A stretch of DNA of 62,396 nucleotides from Octopus bimaculoides (Eukaryota): assembly GCF_001194135.2 (NCBI RefSeq), contig NC_068983.1, positions 106,830,015 to 106,892,410 on the forward strand, written 5' to 3'. This document shows positions 50,271 to 62,153 of this stretch, in pieces (positions within the stretch are counted from its first letter, which is position 1; each line of letters opens with the position of its first letter). The translations under genes were made by a program, and so were the position numbers. Under the pieces are notes generated by a model. The model made no database searches. It had not been told where the DNA came from and saw only the letters and a program-made list of their open reading frames with translations.

Positions 50271-52314
50271 AAAAAACTATATAAATTAATAAAGGACTGA
50301 ACCAGTGCGTGTGTTTATTACCGGCATAATGACTCTCCCAAGGTTTAATTGTATATATATATATATATATATATATGGAATATATATATGGACTATCAGA
50401 ACAAGAGGAGACATGTGGGATGGAAAGTAGCTGAAGAGGTCACAGAATATGTGATGAAAGATTTCCAGACAAAAGACACCAAAATATGAATAATAATAAA
50501 ACTGAAGTGAAGAACGAATATATAAAGCGTATGATTAACTGGCAAAAACAAAAATGACCAACCCTAAATATAACAACACACACACACAATAGACTCAAAC
50601 ATATACCAGTTATATATTGACATCTATTTGATTAACTATACCATTTCTTTGCAACTGTGTAACCTTGTCTCGAAGTTATAAATCAATATTGCCACTGAAA
50701 TTCAGTATGACAGCCGAATGCTATTTAAGAGACTTCTAATGTCACAGTCTCAATAAAATATTTATTTTAACTACAAATTTTTAATAAATCTCCCCAAAAG
50801 ACTTGTTATAAGTTTAAGATCACTTTCCCCATTATTTTCTTCTCATTAATGGACAACAATTAATCACTTGATGTCACCATTGACAAATTTGGTAATCTGA
50901 TCATCCCCTTGGTGATTTTTTTTCTCTCTTACTATTGCTAGCTGTTTGTTAATCTGTTATTTCTAACCTCAATGTCTTTTATACATTATTTAAAGATGAT
51001 GTTAGTAAAAAATATCAAATATTATTCCCATTATGCTAAACACAATATCAACAAAACTAGATTAAGATTTATATTTTATTTTGAATTTTTCTTCATTACT
51101 GTATTTTATTTCTTAATGCAGAGAAAAAAGCTCTACTTTTAGCCTTAAGTTAGGAACAATCTAATATAATAAACTCTCATTATTATTCAATCCCAAAATC
51201 TGTCCTGTAGAGCAAACTTGTAATGAAATGCATTCCAGTTTCAAGTGACCTGTATTTTCATTCTTTTGGTATCTAAGCATAATATGTTCTGGAATTCATT
51301 ATTCAATTCTTTTATTCTTTTACTTGTTTCAGTCATCTGACTGCAGCCATGCTGGAGCACCACCTTGAAGGGTCTTAGACAAGCAAATTGACCCCAGGAC
51401 TTATTTTTAAACGTAGTACTTATTCTATCAGTTACTTTTGCTGAACTGCTAAGTTACAGCAATGTAAATACACCAACACCAGCTGTCAAGTGGTAATGTT
51501 GGGACAAACACAGACACAAAAACACACACACATAAAAATATACATACATATGTATATATGACAAGCTTCTAAGAGTTTCTGTCTATCAAATCCACTCACA
51601 AGGCTTTGGTTGGCCCAAGGTTATAGTAGAAAACATTTGTCGAAGGTGCCACACAGTGAGTCTGAACCCAGAACAATGTGGTTGAAAAGCAAGCTTCTAA
51701 CTATACAGCCAAGCCTGCACCTAAATGTGTATTTCCATTTTTAAAGCTTGTTGGGTGCAACTTGGTGGTGATTTGACTGCCATCTTTAGCATGCTGAGCA
51801 ACCATAGGCTACTGTAAACACTCACTCAGTGGTAAATAACATTTATAAATATGTTCACCTCAGCAGGGTGTTTGGATGGGCATCAAGTTGTAAAAACCAT
51901 ACCAGAATAGACTCAGAAGTTTGGTGCAATCTCCTGCCTGGTCTGCACTTGTCAAATTATCCAACCCATGCCAGCATGGAAAGCGGTTTTTAAATTATGA
52001 TAATGATGAGGATGATGAAAAATGCTCAAAAGTACCATGTCAGATTTTCATGACTTTTACATTTTCTAAAACTATTTTAGAATTGACCAATTACCTTTGT
52101 CACTGCTGCTTTGAAAGTTTATTGCATCACTAAAATTTTTGGCACAAGACCAGCAATTTTGGAGGCGGGGTTAAGGCAGTTACATCAACCCCAGTGTTCA
52201 ACTGATATTTATTTTATCGATCCCAAAAGGATGAAAGGCAAAGTTGAGCTTGATGGAGTTTAAACTCTTAAAGTAAAGACAGATGAAATGCCACTAAGCA
52301 TTTTATCCAGCAAG

Positions 52315-52437
52315 CACTTTTAAAAAGGCAGCACTTTTGGGTCTGCTGGAGGCAATATGTGTTTTATTTTTTGTGGGGTCCAGGGACAGCAAATGGAAGG
52401 GCTGCCCAGGGCATCACATACTCTAGCTACGCTAGTG
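52315..52437. mobile_element. Second, internally deleted copy of the hAT-type MITE inside a SINE C
   Basis: Shares ggcagcac...ggtctgct...ggcaatatgtgttt with 18189-18352; ends gctacgctagtg; flanks ccagcaag / ccagtatg (degenerate 8-bp TSD). Confidence 0.7.
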
Positions 52438-52639
52438 CCAGTATGCTAACAACTCTGCCAGCTTGACACCCTATATCACTTCATAAATATTATCAGTGGA
52501 ATGATTTAAAAACTGCTTGACATTTGTTTCACACTTTTTCAGTAATAGTAGTCTAGTAATCTCTTTTAATCTATGAAATGGTAAAGAATTTCTAGCAAAG
52601 TATGCACCCAAGTTTCTCGTAAATTAAGACCACACTTTG

Positions 52640-52957
52640 GCCATGAATGACCATGGGGTGCACCTAGGAACTTCCTCTCTGAGGCAAGTTTGTTTATGGA
52701 AGTCTGGGCAAGGTTGTTTATGGAAGACTAGCAGTCACCTATGCATACCATACCACTGATGTTATCCAAGGGAAAGGCAACAGCTGATACAACTTGGCAC
52801 CAGTGATGTCACAACCTATTTCTACAGATGAGTGAAGTGGAACAACATGAAATAAAGTGTCTCGCTCAAGAACACAACACACAGCCTGGTCCAGGAATTG
52901 AACTCTCTACCATATGATTGTGATCCTGACTCTTTAACCACTGAGCCATGTTCCTTC
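52640..52957 (-). mobile_element. tRNA-derived SINE family H
   Basis: Minus head tggctcagtggttaaagag (A-box), gagttcaattcc (B-box), then gtgttcttgagcgagacacttt core. Confidence 0.7.
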
Positions 52958-53097
52958 TCTTAGATTATAATTAGTTTATTAGCATTTTTTTTGCTCAAAT
53001 TCTTTATAAATTTTAGTCCTTATTTGTCTTAAAATTTGTCTCCAGAATTTTAAAGGGTTTATAAAGAGTAATGTTCATCAGTTTTTATATTGGTTAA

Positions 53098-53319
53098 CTC
53101 ATCTGATACAAACCAATCTGAAACCTTCCCTGGTTCTGTGATACAAATTTCCCCTTTTAAAGTGAACTAAATTAAAACCTTCCAGCAAAAGTTCATGCTA
53201 ATTTATGTTTCTAATACCTGGTTAATAAAGACAAAGTTATTTTATTAAATCTTTCATAATTTTTTAAATTAATTGAAAACAAGGCAGTGATTTTCATTAG
53301 GAATATTGCAATAAAAGGA
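53098..53319. mobile_element. Second TTAA-flanked piggyBac-type MITE family, decayed
   Basis: TTAA at 53094-53097 and 53320-53323; degenerate termini. Confidence 0.45.
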
Positions 53320-53338
53320 TTAAGTGGATGAAAGGTAA

Positions 53339-53451
53339 ATTTGTTATCTGGTGAACGATATTTCGACATCTCGTGTGTCTTCAACTGGTTCATTTTTTGA
53401 ACCAGTTGAAGACACACGAGATGTCGAAATATCGTTCACCAGATAACAAAT
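53339..53451. repeat. Perfect 54-bp-arm palindrome with T5 loop
   Basis: 53339-53392 is the exact reverse complement of 53398-53451. Confidence 0.95.
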
Positions 53452-53476
53452 GGCACTCTTCTTTTAATTTTGACTC

Positions 53477-53507
<31 letters not shown>

Positions 53508-53716
53508 GAGTGAGAGAGCAGTGTATGCCATCAAAGTGACACTGGGGTAAAATATACAAAGCTCAATATACCCATCATGACTACCTGTCTGATAAGGGTA
53601 CACCAGGTACGTGCATCACAACCATATGTGTGCTACAATGTACATGATAACACTTCCAATCAATTAAGATCAGAAGCCATGAGAGCCACTGCCTGGTACT
53701 GCATCCGGGCAAAAAA

Positions 53717-53750
<34 letters not shown>

Positions 53751-54680
53751 GGGTGAGAGAGCAATGCATGCCATCTAAGTTACACTGGGGTACAAATATA
53801 CGAAACCCAATATACCCATTATGACTACCTGTCTAATAAGTATACACCAAGCACATGCATCACAACCATATAAATATGATATGGTGACCTTATATCAAGA
53901 TAAACAGCACAGGACCTTGCAGGTGGGGCCCAGTTAGAACTTTCTTCAGGTTGAGTAACCCATCCCACTGAAAAGGTCTCTGAATGGGGATTATTTGAGG
54001 ATGATGAACAAAACACCCATGTTTCCAGAGATGAATTATTCAAACCCTAAAGAATTCCCCTCAACACATGGCTATGATGCTCCCTCACTACTCCTGTTTG
54101 TGATCAGGGATGTATATATATTGTAAGCCACAAAGGGACATGCTCAACTGGTTAAGATCAAGCAACTAACAAGCAAGTCTGTGGTAGTGAGCAGAATATT
54201 TGCTGCAGCCCATCTTTTTACATCAAGACAAAAGATGTACACTATAAATCCTGTCATTATTTTTCTTTTCTTCCTGTCTATTTTGATTAGTTCATTTAGT
54301 GTCCAGTTAAGGATATTGTAGTTGTAACTTATAACTGGGATGGCTAAAGTGTTGATAATACCTATTATCTTGTTATTCACACTGAGTTCTGTTTTCAGTA
54401 TTAATCTAACTCATCTATAGTATTCTTTTTTATTTTCTCTTTCATTTGTGTGTGTTGAACCATATCTAGTTCATTGATTCCTAAATATTTGTATGTCTGG
54501 CTTTGGTCTAATTCTCTTATTTCATTTGCTTTATCTAGTGTGATGTTGCTATTCTTAACTAGTTTTCCTCTTTTCAAGGTTGCTTTGGCACATTTTTCTA
54601 AGCCAAATTTCATATTTACTTTTTTGGTAAATCCATGTATTGTCTGTAGTAATGTTTCCAGTTGTTTATCATTTGTAGCG
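53477..54680 (-). mobile_element. Two tandem Dong/R4-like LINE fragments, each abutting (TAA)n
   Basis: RT C-terminal pieces MKFGLEKCAKATLKRGKL...TYKYLGINE and AIPVISYNYNILNWTLNEL..IDRK; 3' ends at the (att)n tracts starting 53477 and 53717. Confidence 0.8.
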
Positions 54681-55320
54681 TACCAAATCCACTCACAAGG
54701 CTTTGGTCGGTCTGAGACTATAGTAGAAAACACTTGCTCAATGTGTCATGTTAGTAATATTCATATAGGCAACAATGTATTTCCGTATTTTATAGAAACA
54801 CATCTTTTTGCAGTTAGAAAGAAAGAGAGAGAGGGAGGGAGGGAGGAAGGGGAAGGGGGAAGGAAGAGAGAGGGAGAAAGGGAAAGAGAGTGGGAAGGAG
54901 GGGGAGGGAGATAGAGAGAACACATTCTCAAGATTACATTTGCTCTGTTTTATTTAATCAAAGGTGTTGCATATGCTAAGCATGAGAAGCTAGGGTAACA
55001 AGGCTGCAGAAACATTGTCTGCTACTGTATTACATTATAATTGACTTACAAAATATATACAGGTGCGGGAGTGGCTGTGTGGTAGGTAGCTTGCTTACCA
55101 ACCACNNNNNNNNNNGAGGGGATAGAGAGAGAGGAAGGGACAGAGGGAGAGTGGGAAGGAGGGGGAGGGAGATAGAGAGAACACATTCTCAAGATTACAT
55201 TTGCTCTGTTTTATTTAATCAAAGGTGTTGCATATGCTAAGCATGAGAAGCTAGGGTAACAAGGCTGCAGAAACATTGTCTGCTACTGTATTACATTATA
55301 ATTGACTTACAAAATATATA

Positions 55321-55739
55321 CAGGTGCGGGAGTGGCTGTGTGGTAGGTAGCTTGCTTACCAACCACATGGTTCTGGGTTCAGTCCCACTGCGTGGCACCT
55401 TGGGCAAGTGTCTTCTACTATAGCCTCAGGCTGACCAAAGCCTTGTGAGTGGATTTGGTTGACGGAAACTGAAAGAAGCCCGTCGTTTATATACATATGT
55501 ATATGTATATGTATGTGTGTGTATATGTTTGTGCGTCTGTGTTTGTCCCCCCAACATCACTTGACAACCGATGCTGGTGTGTTTACGTCCCCCGTAACTT
55601 AGTGGTTCAGCAAAAGAGACCGATAGAATAAGTACTAGGCTTCCAAAGAATAAGTCCTCAGGTCGATTTGCTCAACTAAAGGCGGTGCTCCAGCATGGCC
55701 GCAGTCAAATGATTGAAACAAGTAAAAGAGTAAAAGAGT
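55321..55739 (+). mobile_element. SINE family A, full length
   Basis: Family A head, core and tail. Confidence 0.88.
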
Positions 55740-56106
55740 CTTGATTTCATTTTCTTACTAATGAAGTATCTGCAACATTTTTGAAATTTTGAAAATGTCA
55801 TTCTTTGTTGTTTCATTTGGAAAAGAAATCAAAAATTCTATGAATGTTTTAAGTGAAAATGATTATTTGTGAATCAAGTTTTGTATTGTAATTATTATGG
55901 AAATCTCTAGAGTTTTAGAATATTTGAAATAGTAGTATTTGAAATGAAACATCTTATGCATTTACATTTCGACCTTTAGTTTTATCAAATCAGCTTTTTA
56001 TATAGTTCTACAAATAGACATTGCTGTAAAACTAGCATATTTCAATGAATAAACATTGATGAGAATAATGTACAAGCATGCTTGTAAGCATATATGCACA
56101 TATACA

Positions 56107-56140
<34 letters not shown>

Positions 56141-56198
56141 ATAGAAAGGACAACAAAAGAAAGAAAGAGACCTCGATATTATGTAAATAGAGGAATTT

Positions 56199-56391
56199 AT
56201 CAGTAAAAATATGGCACTTATTCGGTATCCATGATAAAACTCTGAGTTCCAGATGCTGGGGCGGGAACCCACGGCAACATCTTTTCACTGGCTGGATAAC
56301 TGAAGAGATGTTGGCATGGGTTCCCACCCCGGCATCCGAAACTCGGAGTTTTATCATGGCTACCGAATAAGTGTCACATATTTTTACAGAT
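56199..56391. repeat. Fold-back with ~88-bp arms and 13-nt loop
   Basis: 56199-56287 vs 56301-56391, roughly 85% identical by eye. Confidence 0.88.
56295..56355 (+). ncRNA. Type I hammerhead ribozyme motif, near-canonical
   Basis: Stem I GAUAA/UUAUC; CUGAAGA (56300-56306); stem II GAUGUUGG/CCGGCAUC plus a bulged C; GAAAC; stem III ACUC/GAGU; GUU cleavage triplet at 56348-56350. Confidence 0.75.
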
Positions 56392-56645
56392 ATATATATC
56401 TGCTCCCTTTATATCTCTATGTAAACAAGCGTTCTAATGGTCACCAGGCCATGTAACATCTTAGCTCATAAGTTACCTCATCATTTCGCATTTGTCTTGC
56501 TTTTATATGTTGATTCCCTGAAGATGAATATATGTGGAATTTCAGCAGCTCTTACTTCTTTGAAGGAGAGCTCACATATATTTTGAAACATGTGTAGGAA
56601 TTAAAGGAACTTTTATTTATATGTGTTTTGCTCCATTTATTGTTA

Positions 56646-56682
<37 letters not shown>

Positions 56683-58563
56683 NNNNNNNNNNNNNNNNNN
56701 NNNNNNNNNNNNNNNNNNNNNNNNNNNNNNNNNNNNNNNNNNNNNNNNNNNNNNNNNNNNNNNNNNNNNNNNNNNNNNNNNNNNNNNNNNNNNNNNNNNN
56801 NNNNNNNNNNNNNNNNNNNNNNNNNNNNNNNNNNNNNNNNNNNNNNNNNNNNNNNNNNNNNNNNNNNNNNNNNNNNNNNNNNNNNNNNNNNNNNNNNNNN
56901 NNNNNNNNNNNNNNNNNNNNNNNNNNNNNNNNNNNNNNNNNNNNNNNNNNNNNNNNNNNNNNNNNNNNNNNNNNNNNNNNNNNNNNNNNNNNNNNNNNNN
57001 NNNNNNNNNNNNNNNNNNNNNNNNNNNNNNNNNNNNNNNNNNNNNNNNNNNNNNNNNNNNNNNNNNNNNNNNNNNNNNNNNNNNNNNNNNNNNNNNNNNN
57101 NNNNNNNNNNNNNNNNNNNNNNNNNNNNNNNNNNNNNNNNNNNNNNNNNNNNNNNNNNNNNNNNNNNNNNNNNNNNNNNNNNNNNNNNNNNNNNNNNNNN
57201 NNNNNNNNNNNNNNNNNNNNNNNNNNNNNNNNNNNNNNNNNNNNNNNNNNNNNNNNNNNTATATATATCTTTCTCTTTCTCTCCCCATAACTATCCATCT
57301 ATACACACACACACACATTTTTTGTTCTTTTATTCTTTCACTTGTTTCAGTCATTTCACTGTGGCCATGCTGGAGCACTGCCTTAAAGGGTTTTAGTCAT
57401 AGAAATTAACCCCAGGACTTATTCTTTGTAAGCCTAATACTTATTCTTACTTCCTCCGCTCTTGTAAGACATAAGCTGAGGAAAGGTGGGTGGATGCATA
57501 GTTTGCAAGATTGTATGGGAAGGAGAATGAAAGGGGGAGAAGGCAGACTGCCAATATGGATGGGGTTGAAGGGTGGATGAACAAAGAACCATGAGCCCTG
57601 GAAGATAAAAATTTGCAGGAGAGAGAGAGATGGGTGGGGGACAAATGGCTGGGTAGTTTGTCGGAGCTGGAGAAGGGAAAGAAGCAGGCATAATGGATGA
57701 GAGGGTGAGCAGAGTCACTATAACTTAGGTGGAGGACATGAAACATAGCACTTCTAGAACTTAGTTTCTCTGAGGAGAACATGTCTTTTTGAGAACCACA
57801 TGTTGCCATGGATCCTGGACTTGTGTATGGTGAAGAAGTTTGCTTCCCATTCACATGGTTTTAGGTTAAGTCCTGTTGAGTGGCATCTTGGAATAAGTGT
57901 CTTTTACTGTAGTCCTAGGATGAAAACCATGAGTGGATTTGGTATATGGAAACTGAAACAAGCCTGTTGGGTGCATCCATGTGTATATATGCATATGTAT
58001 GTATGTATGTATGTTTGTATGTATGTATGTATATATGAATGTATGTACGTGTGTGTGTGTGCATGTGTGTGTATGTATGCATGTATGCATGCATTTATGT
58101 GTATGTATGTATATATCTATGTGTGAGCATGTACATACATATATATGTATGTATGTATATATCTATGTGTGAGCATGTACATACATATATATGTATGTAT
58201 GTATATATGCATGTATGTACATATGTATGTACGTATGTATGTATGTGTATGTATGTATGTATATGTATGTATGCATATNNNNNNNNNNNNNNNNNNNNNN
58301 NNNNNNNNNNNNNNNNNNNNNNNNNNNNNNNNNNNNNNNNNNNNNNNNNNNNNNNNNNNNNNNNNNNNNNNNNNNNNNNNNNNNNNNNNNNNNNNNNNNN
58401 NNNNNNNNNNNNNNNNNNNNNNNNNNNNNNNNNNNNNNNNTAGTGACAGGAAGGTCATCCAGCCATAAAAAATCTGCCTCAATGAATTCTGTCTGGTTCA
58501 TACAAGGATAGAAATATTGACTTTATGACTTTAAAACAATATTGATGATGACAACGAGGATGG

Positions 58564-58602
<39 letters not shown>

Positions 58603-59743
58603 CTATGATGATGAAGACAATGAAGATGGTGATGATGGAGATGACAATGAAGAAGGTGACGATGATGATGATAATGATGATGATGATGATGATGATGATG
58701 TTAACGATGATGGTGATTATGATGATGATGATAATGATGATGATGCTGATACACGCATACATGATTACACACTCAGACATTAGATTATTTTGAAATTTAT
58801 ATCACTTTGAGGAGTGAAGTTTGAAAGGATATAAAATGGTTGAAAACTAAATTTTATTGAAAATAAATATCTCTTTCATTGAATAAATCTTTTGTGTATC
58901 AAAGTTATTGATTCTTGTCTTGTAGAAATCAATGCTTTTAGAGTCAATGAACTTTGAAAGATATTTCAGCAGTGGTCAACTTTTTCCAAAATATAACAGA
59001 GCACTAGAGAACTGAGAGAGAGGCAAGAAGAATTAGATACAATGTGCAAGAGAGAAGACTGCTCTGGTTTGGTCATGTGATGTGTACAACTGACACTCCA
59101 TCGCTTACATGAAAAGCATTCAGTACACTTTGTAAAGAAGTTGGTGTTAGGATGGGCATCTAGCCATAGAAACCATGCCAAAACAGACAATAGAACCTGA
59201 TGCAGATCCTGGCCTTGCTACCTCCAGTTAAACTGTCCAGTTCATGTCAGCATAGAAAAGCGGAAAGCTTCTAAGCATTTTGTCTAGCATGCTAACAATT
59301 CTGCCAGCTCACCATCTTTATGATTATGTAATATTTTTTTCTACTCTAGGCATGAGGCCCAAAATTTTTGGGGAGCTGGGTGGGGGTAGTCAATTAGATC
59401 AATCCCAGTATGCCACTGGTACTTAATTTATCGACCCCGAAAGGATGAAAGGCAAAGTTGACCTTGATGGAATTTGAACTTAGAATGTAAAGACAGACAA
59501 AATACTACTAAACATTTCACTCAGCATGCTAACGTTTCTGCCAGCTCACCATCTTAATGATTATATAATATTGATTATGTAATGAAAATCCATAGTCTTT
59601 TCATTATGACCTTGAGGACTAAAGAAATACAAGAATAACTTGGATGAATTCACTCAGGTTTCTTTCTTATACATTCTGTCATTTGCAGGAATTCTGATTC
59701 CCAGACCCACTTTCATTTGCTATATGCGTGTGTGCTTGGGTGT

Positions 59744-59779
<36 letters not shown>

Positions 59780-60011
59780 GTGTTTGGGTGCGTGTGTGCT
59801 TACACCTTCAGTTAATCACACTTTCAACTCACTATTTTTGCTGTGTTACAAACGTAAGGTCCTACCAGTTTTGTATTTTGTATACAAAAATGTTCCTTGA
59901 GCTATTTTCTTTCAGACATATTGTTGACATTTCATGATCATAATCCTTGCATTCCATCTCTCTTTCTCTCTCAATATATATATATGTGTATGTAATATAT
60001 ATAAATGTGCA

Positions 60012-60049
<38 letters not shown>

Positions 60050-60296
60050 AATGATTGGAATGTAGTAACTATGATTATGAAATGTCAACAATATGCCTGA
60101 AAGAAAATATCACAAGGAACATTTTTGCATACAAAATACAAATGTAGTAGGGTCTTGTATATGTAACACAGCAAGCGTGGTGAGTTTAAAAAAAAGTTTG
60201 ACTAATTGAACTCATACATAGTTAGGAGACAAAAAATTTTCTTATGAGTGTTTCAAATCTAAAACAATCAATAAGATATGTGTGTGTGTGTGTGTC

Positions 60297-60328
<32 letters not shown>

Positions 60329-60590
60329 TAATAATAAAGGAGTTACGACGCAAAAACGTATAAATTCAAAAGAACATATTTATCTTCTTCAATATATATT
60401 TCAGTATAAAGAATTCATTAAGATGCTTAAATCAAAATTTCTTTACACATCATTCAGGAACAGATATAACATCAGAAAAAATACATTCCGTTTAAAAACA
60501 CAAACCGTTCATGGTGAAAAAATTATACAATAACAAAATACGAACAAAATTGTTAAAGTTTTAGCAAAAAGAACGCTATTACCTACATAC

Positions 60591-60758
60591 AGGGTGGGAG
60601 AAAAAAACAGAAAGGAAAAAGAACAAGAGAAGGTGATAGATAGACAGAGAAGAGATAGAATAAGAGTGTGCATCGTAATTATTAAGATAAAACTTACCTA
60701 AAAAAGGATGCGTGGTGTTCGATCATATGATATAAATAATATATAAATATATGCATGT

Positions 60759-60813
<55 letters not shown>

Positions 60814-61436
60814 GTTGTGCATAATCTGCAAGTTACATATGTATGTAGTTACATAAACTGTGAGCTTGGAGAACTTGTAGCATGGAAACAATTGTAGTGA
60901 TTACAAGTAAATCTCCAACCATAATCCTTCTTGTTGACTCTAACTTATTTATCTATATGTATATGTATATATATATTAATGCTTGTTTTTATGTTCAGTT
61001 ATAATAAAAACAATTTTACATNNNNNNNNNNNNNNNNNNNNNNNNNNNNNNNNNNNNNNNNNNNNNNNNNNNNNNNNNNNNNNNNNNNNNNNNNNNNNNN
61101 NNNNNNNNNNNNNNNNNNNNNNNNNNNNNNNNNNNNNNNNNNNNNNNNNNNNNNNNNNNNNNATATATATACTTATATATACATATATACATATATATGA
61201 ATTTATATATACAGATATATATTTATTAATTTTTTGTACGGGATTGTTGTTGGCAGTGACTTTGAAGTTTTGGCCAGCAAAGCCACCATTGGCAGTCTGA
61301 TGATGGCTTAGCTGGCCAAAACTTCAAAGTCCCTGTCAACAACATTCTTGTAGAAGAAAAATAGATTTGTACAAAAGTATAGAGTTAACCCATCAGATTA
61401 ACTACATACATATGTAACTTGCAAATTATGCACAAC

Positions 61437-61495
<59 letters not shown>

Positions 61496-61663
61496 ACATG
61501 CATATATTTATATATTATTTATATCATATGATCGAACACCACGCATCCTTTTTTAAGTAAGTTTTATCTTAATAGTTACGATGCACACTCTTATTCTATC
61601 TCTTCTCTGTCTATCTATCACCCTCTCTTGTTCTTTTTCCTTTCTGTTTTTTTCTCCCACCCT
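60591..61663. repeat. ~260-bp inverted duplication flanking a gap and a small HHR fold-back
   Basis: 60591-60851 vs 61399-61663, near-identical. Confidence 0.85.
61293..61335 (+). ncRNA. Degenerate hammerhead motif in the right arm of a 45-bp fold-back (61245-61344)
   Basis: CAGU-CUGAUGA-UGGC(uuagcug)GCCA-AAAC-UUCAAA-GUC-CCUG; G12 missing; the left arm preserves the GUC-ACUG stem I partner. Confidence 0.55.
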
Positions 61664-62153
61664 TTCCCTATTCTCCTCCACTCCCCTTCACCATTCCGTC
61701 TCTCTCTCTCTCTCACTCTTCCTCCTTGACTCTCTTTTTGCTGACACGTGATGAAAGGCAATATAAATTCTCCCATATATATATATATATATATATATAC
61801 AGAACAGGCTTCTTTCAGTTTCCATCTAACAAATCCACTCTCAAGGCTTTGGTTGGCCCGAGGTTATAGTAGAAGACACTTGCTCAAGGTGCCATGCAGT
61901 GAGACTGAACCTGGAACCATGTGGTTGGTAAGCAAGCTTCTTACCACACAACTACACCTGTACCTATATATGTATATATGTGTGTGTGTGTGTGTGCATG
62001 CATATGTATGTATGTATATATGTATGTATGTGTGTGTGTGTGTGTATATATACATATATATAAATATTTTTTTTTTCATTTTCATTTTATCCAGTTTCAG
62101 CTCATGAGCTGTGGCCATGCTGGGGCACCGCCATTTTGTGTTGCTACACAATT

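Noticed and set aside
54886-55366. 220-bp direct duplication (54886-55105 and 55147-55366)
   Set aside because: Identical copies flank a 10-N gap; typical unmerged contig overlap.
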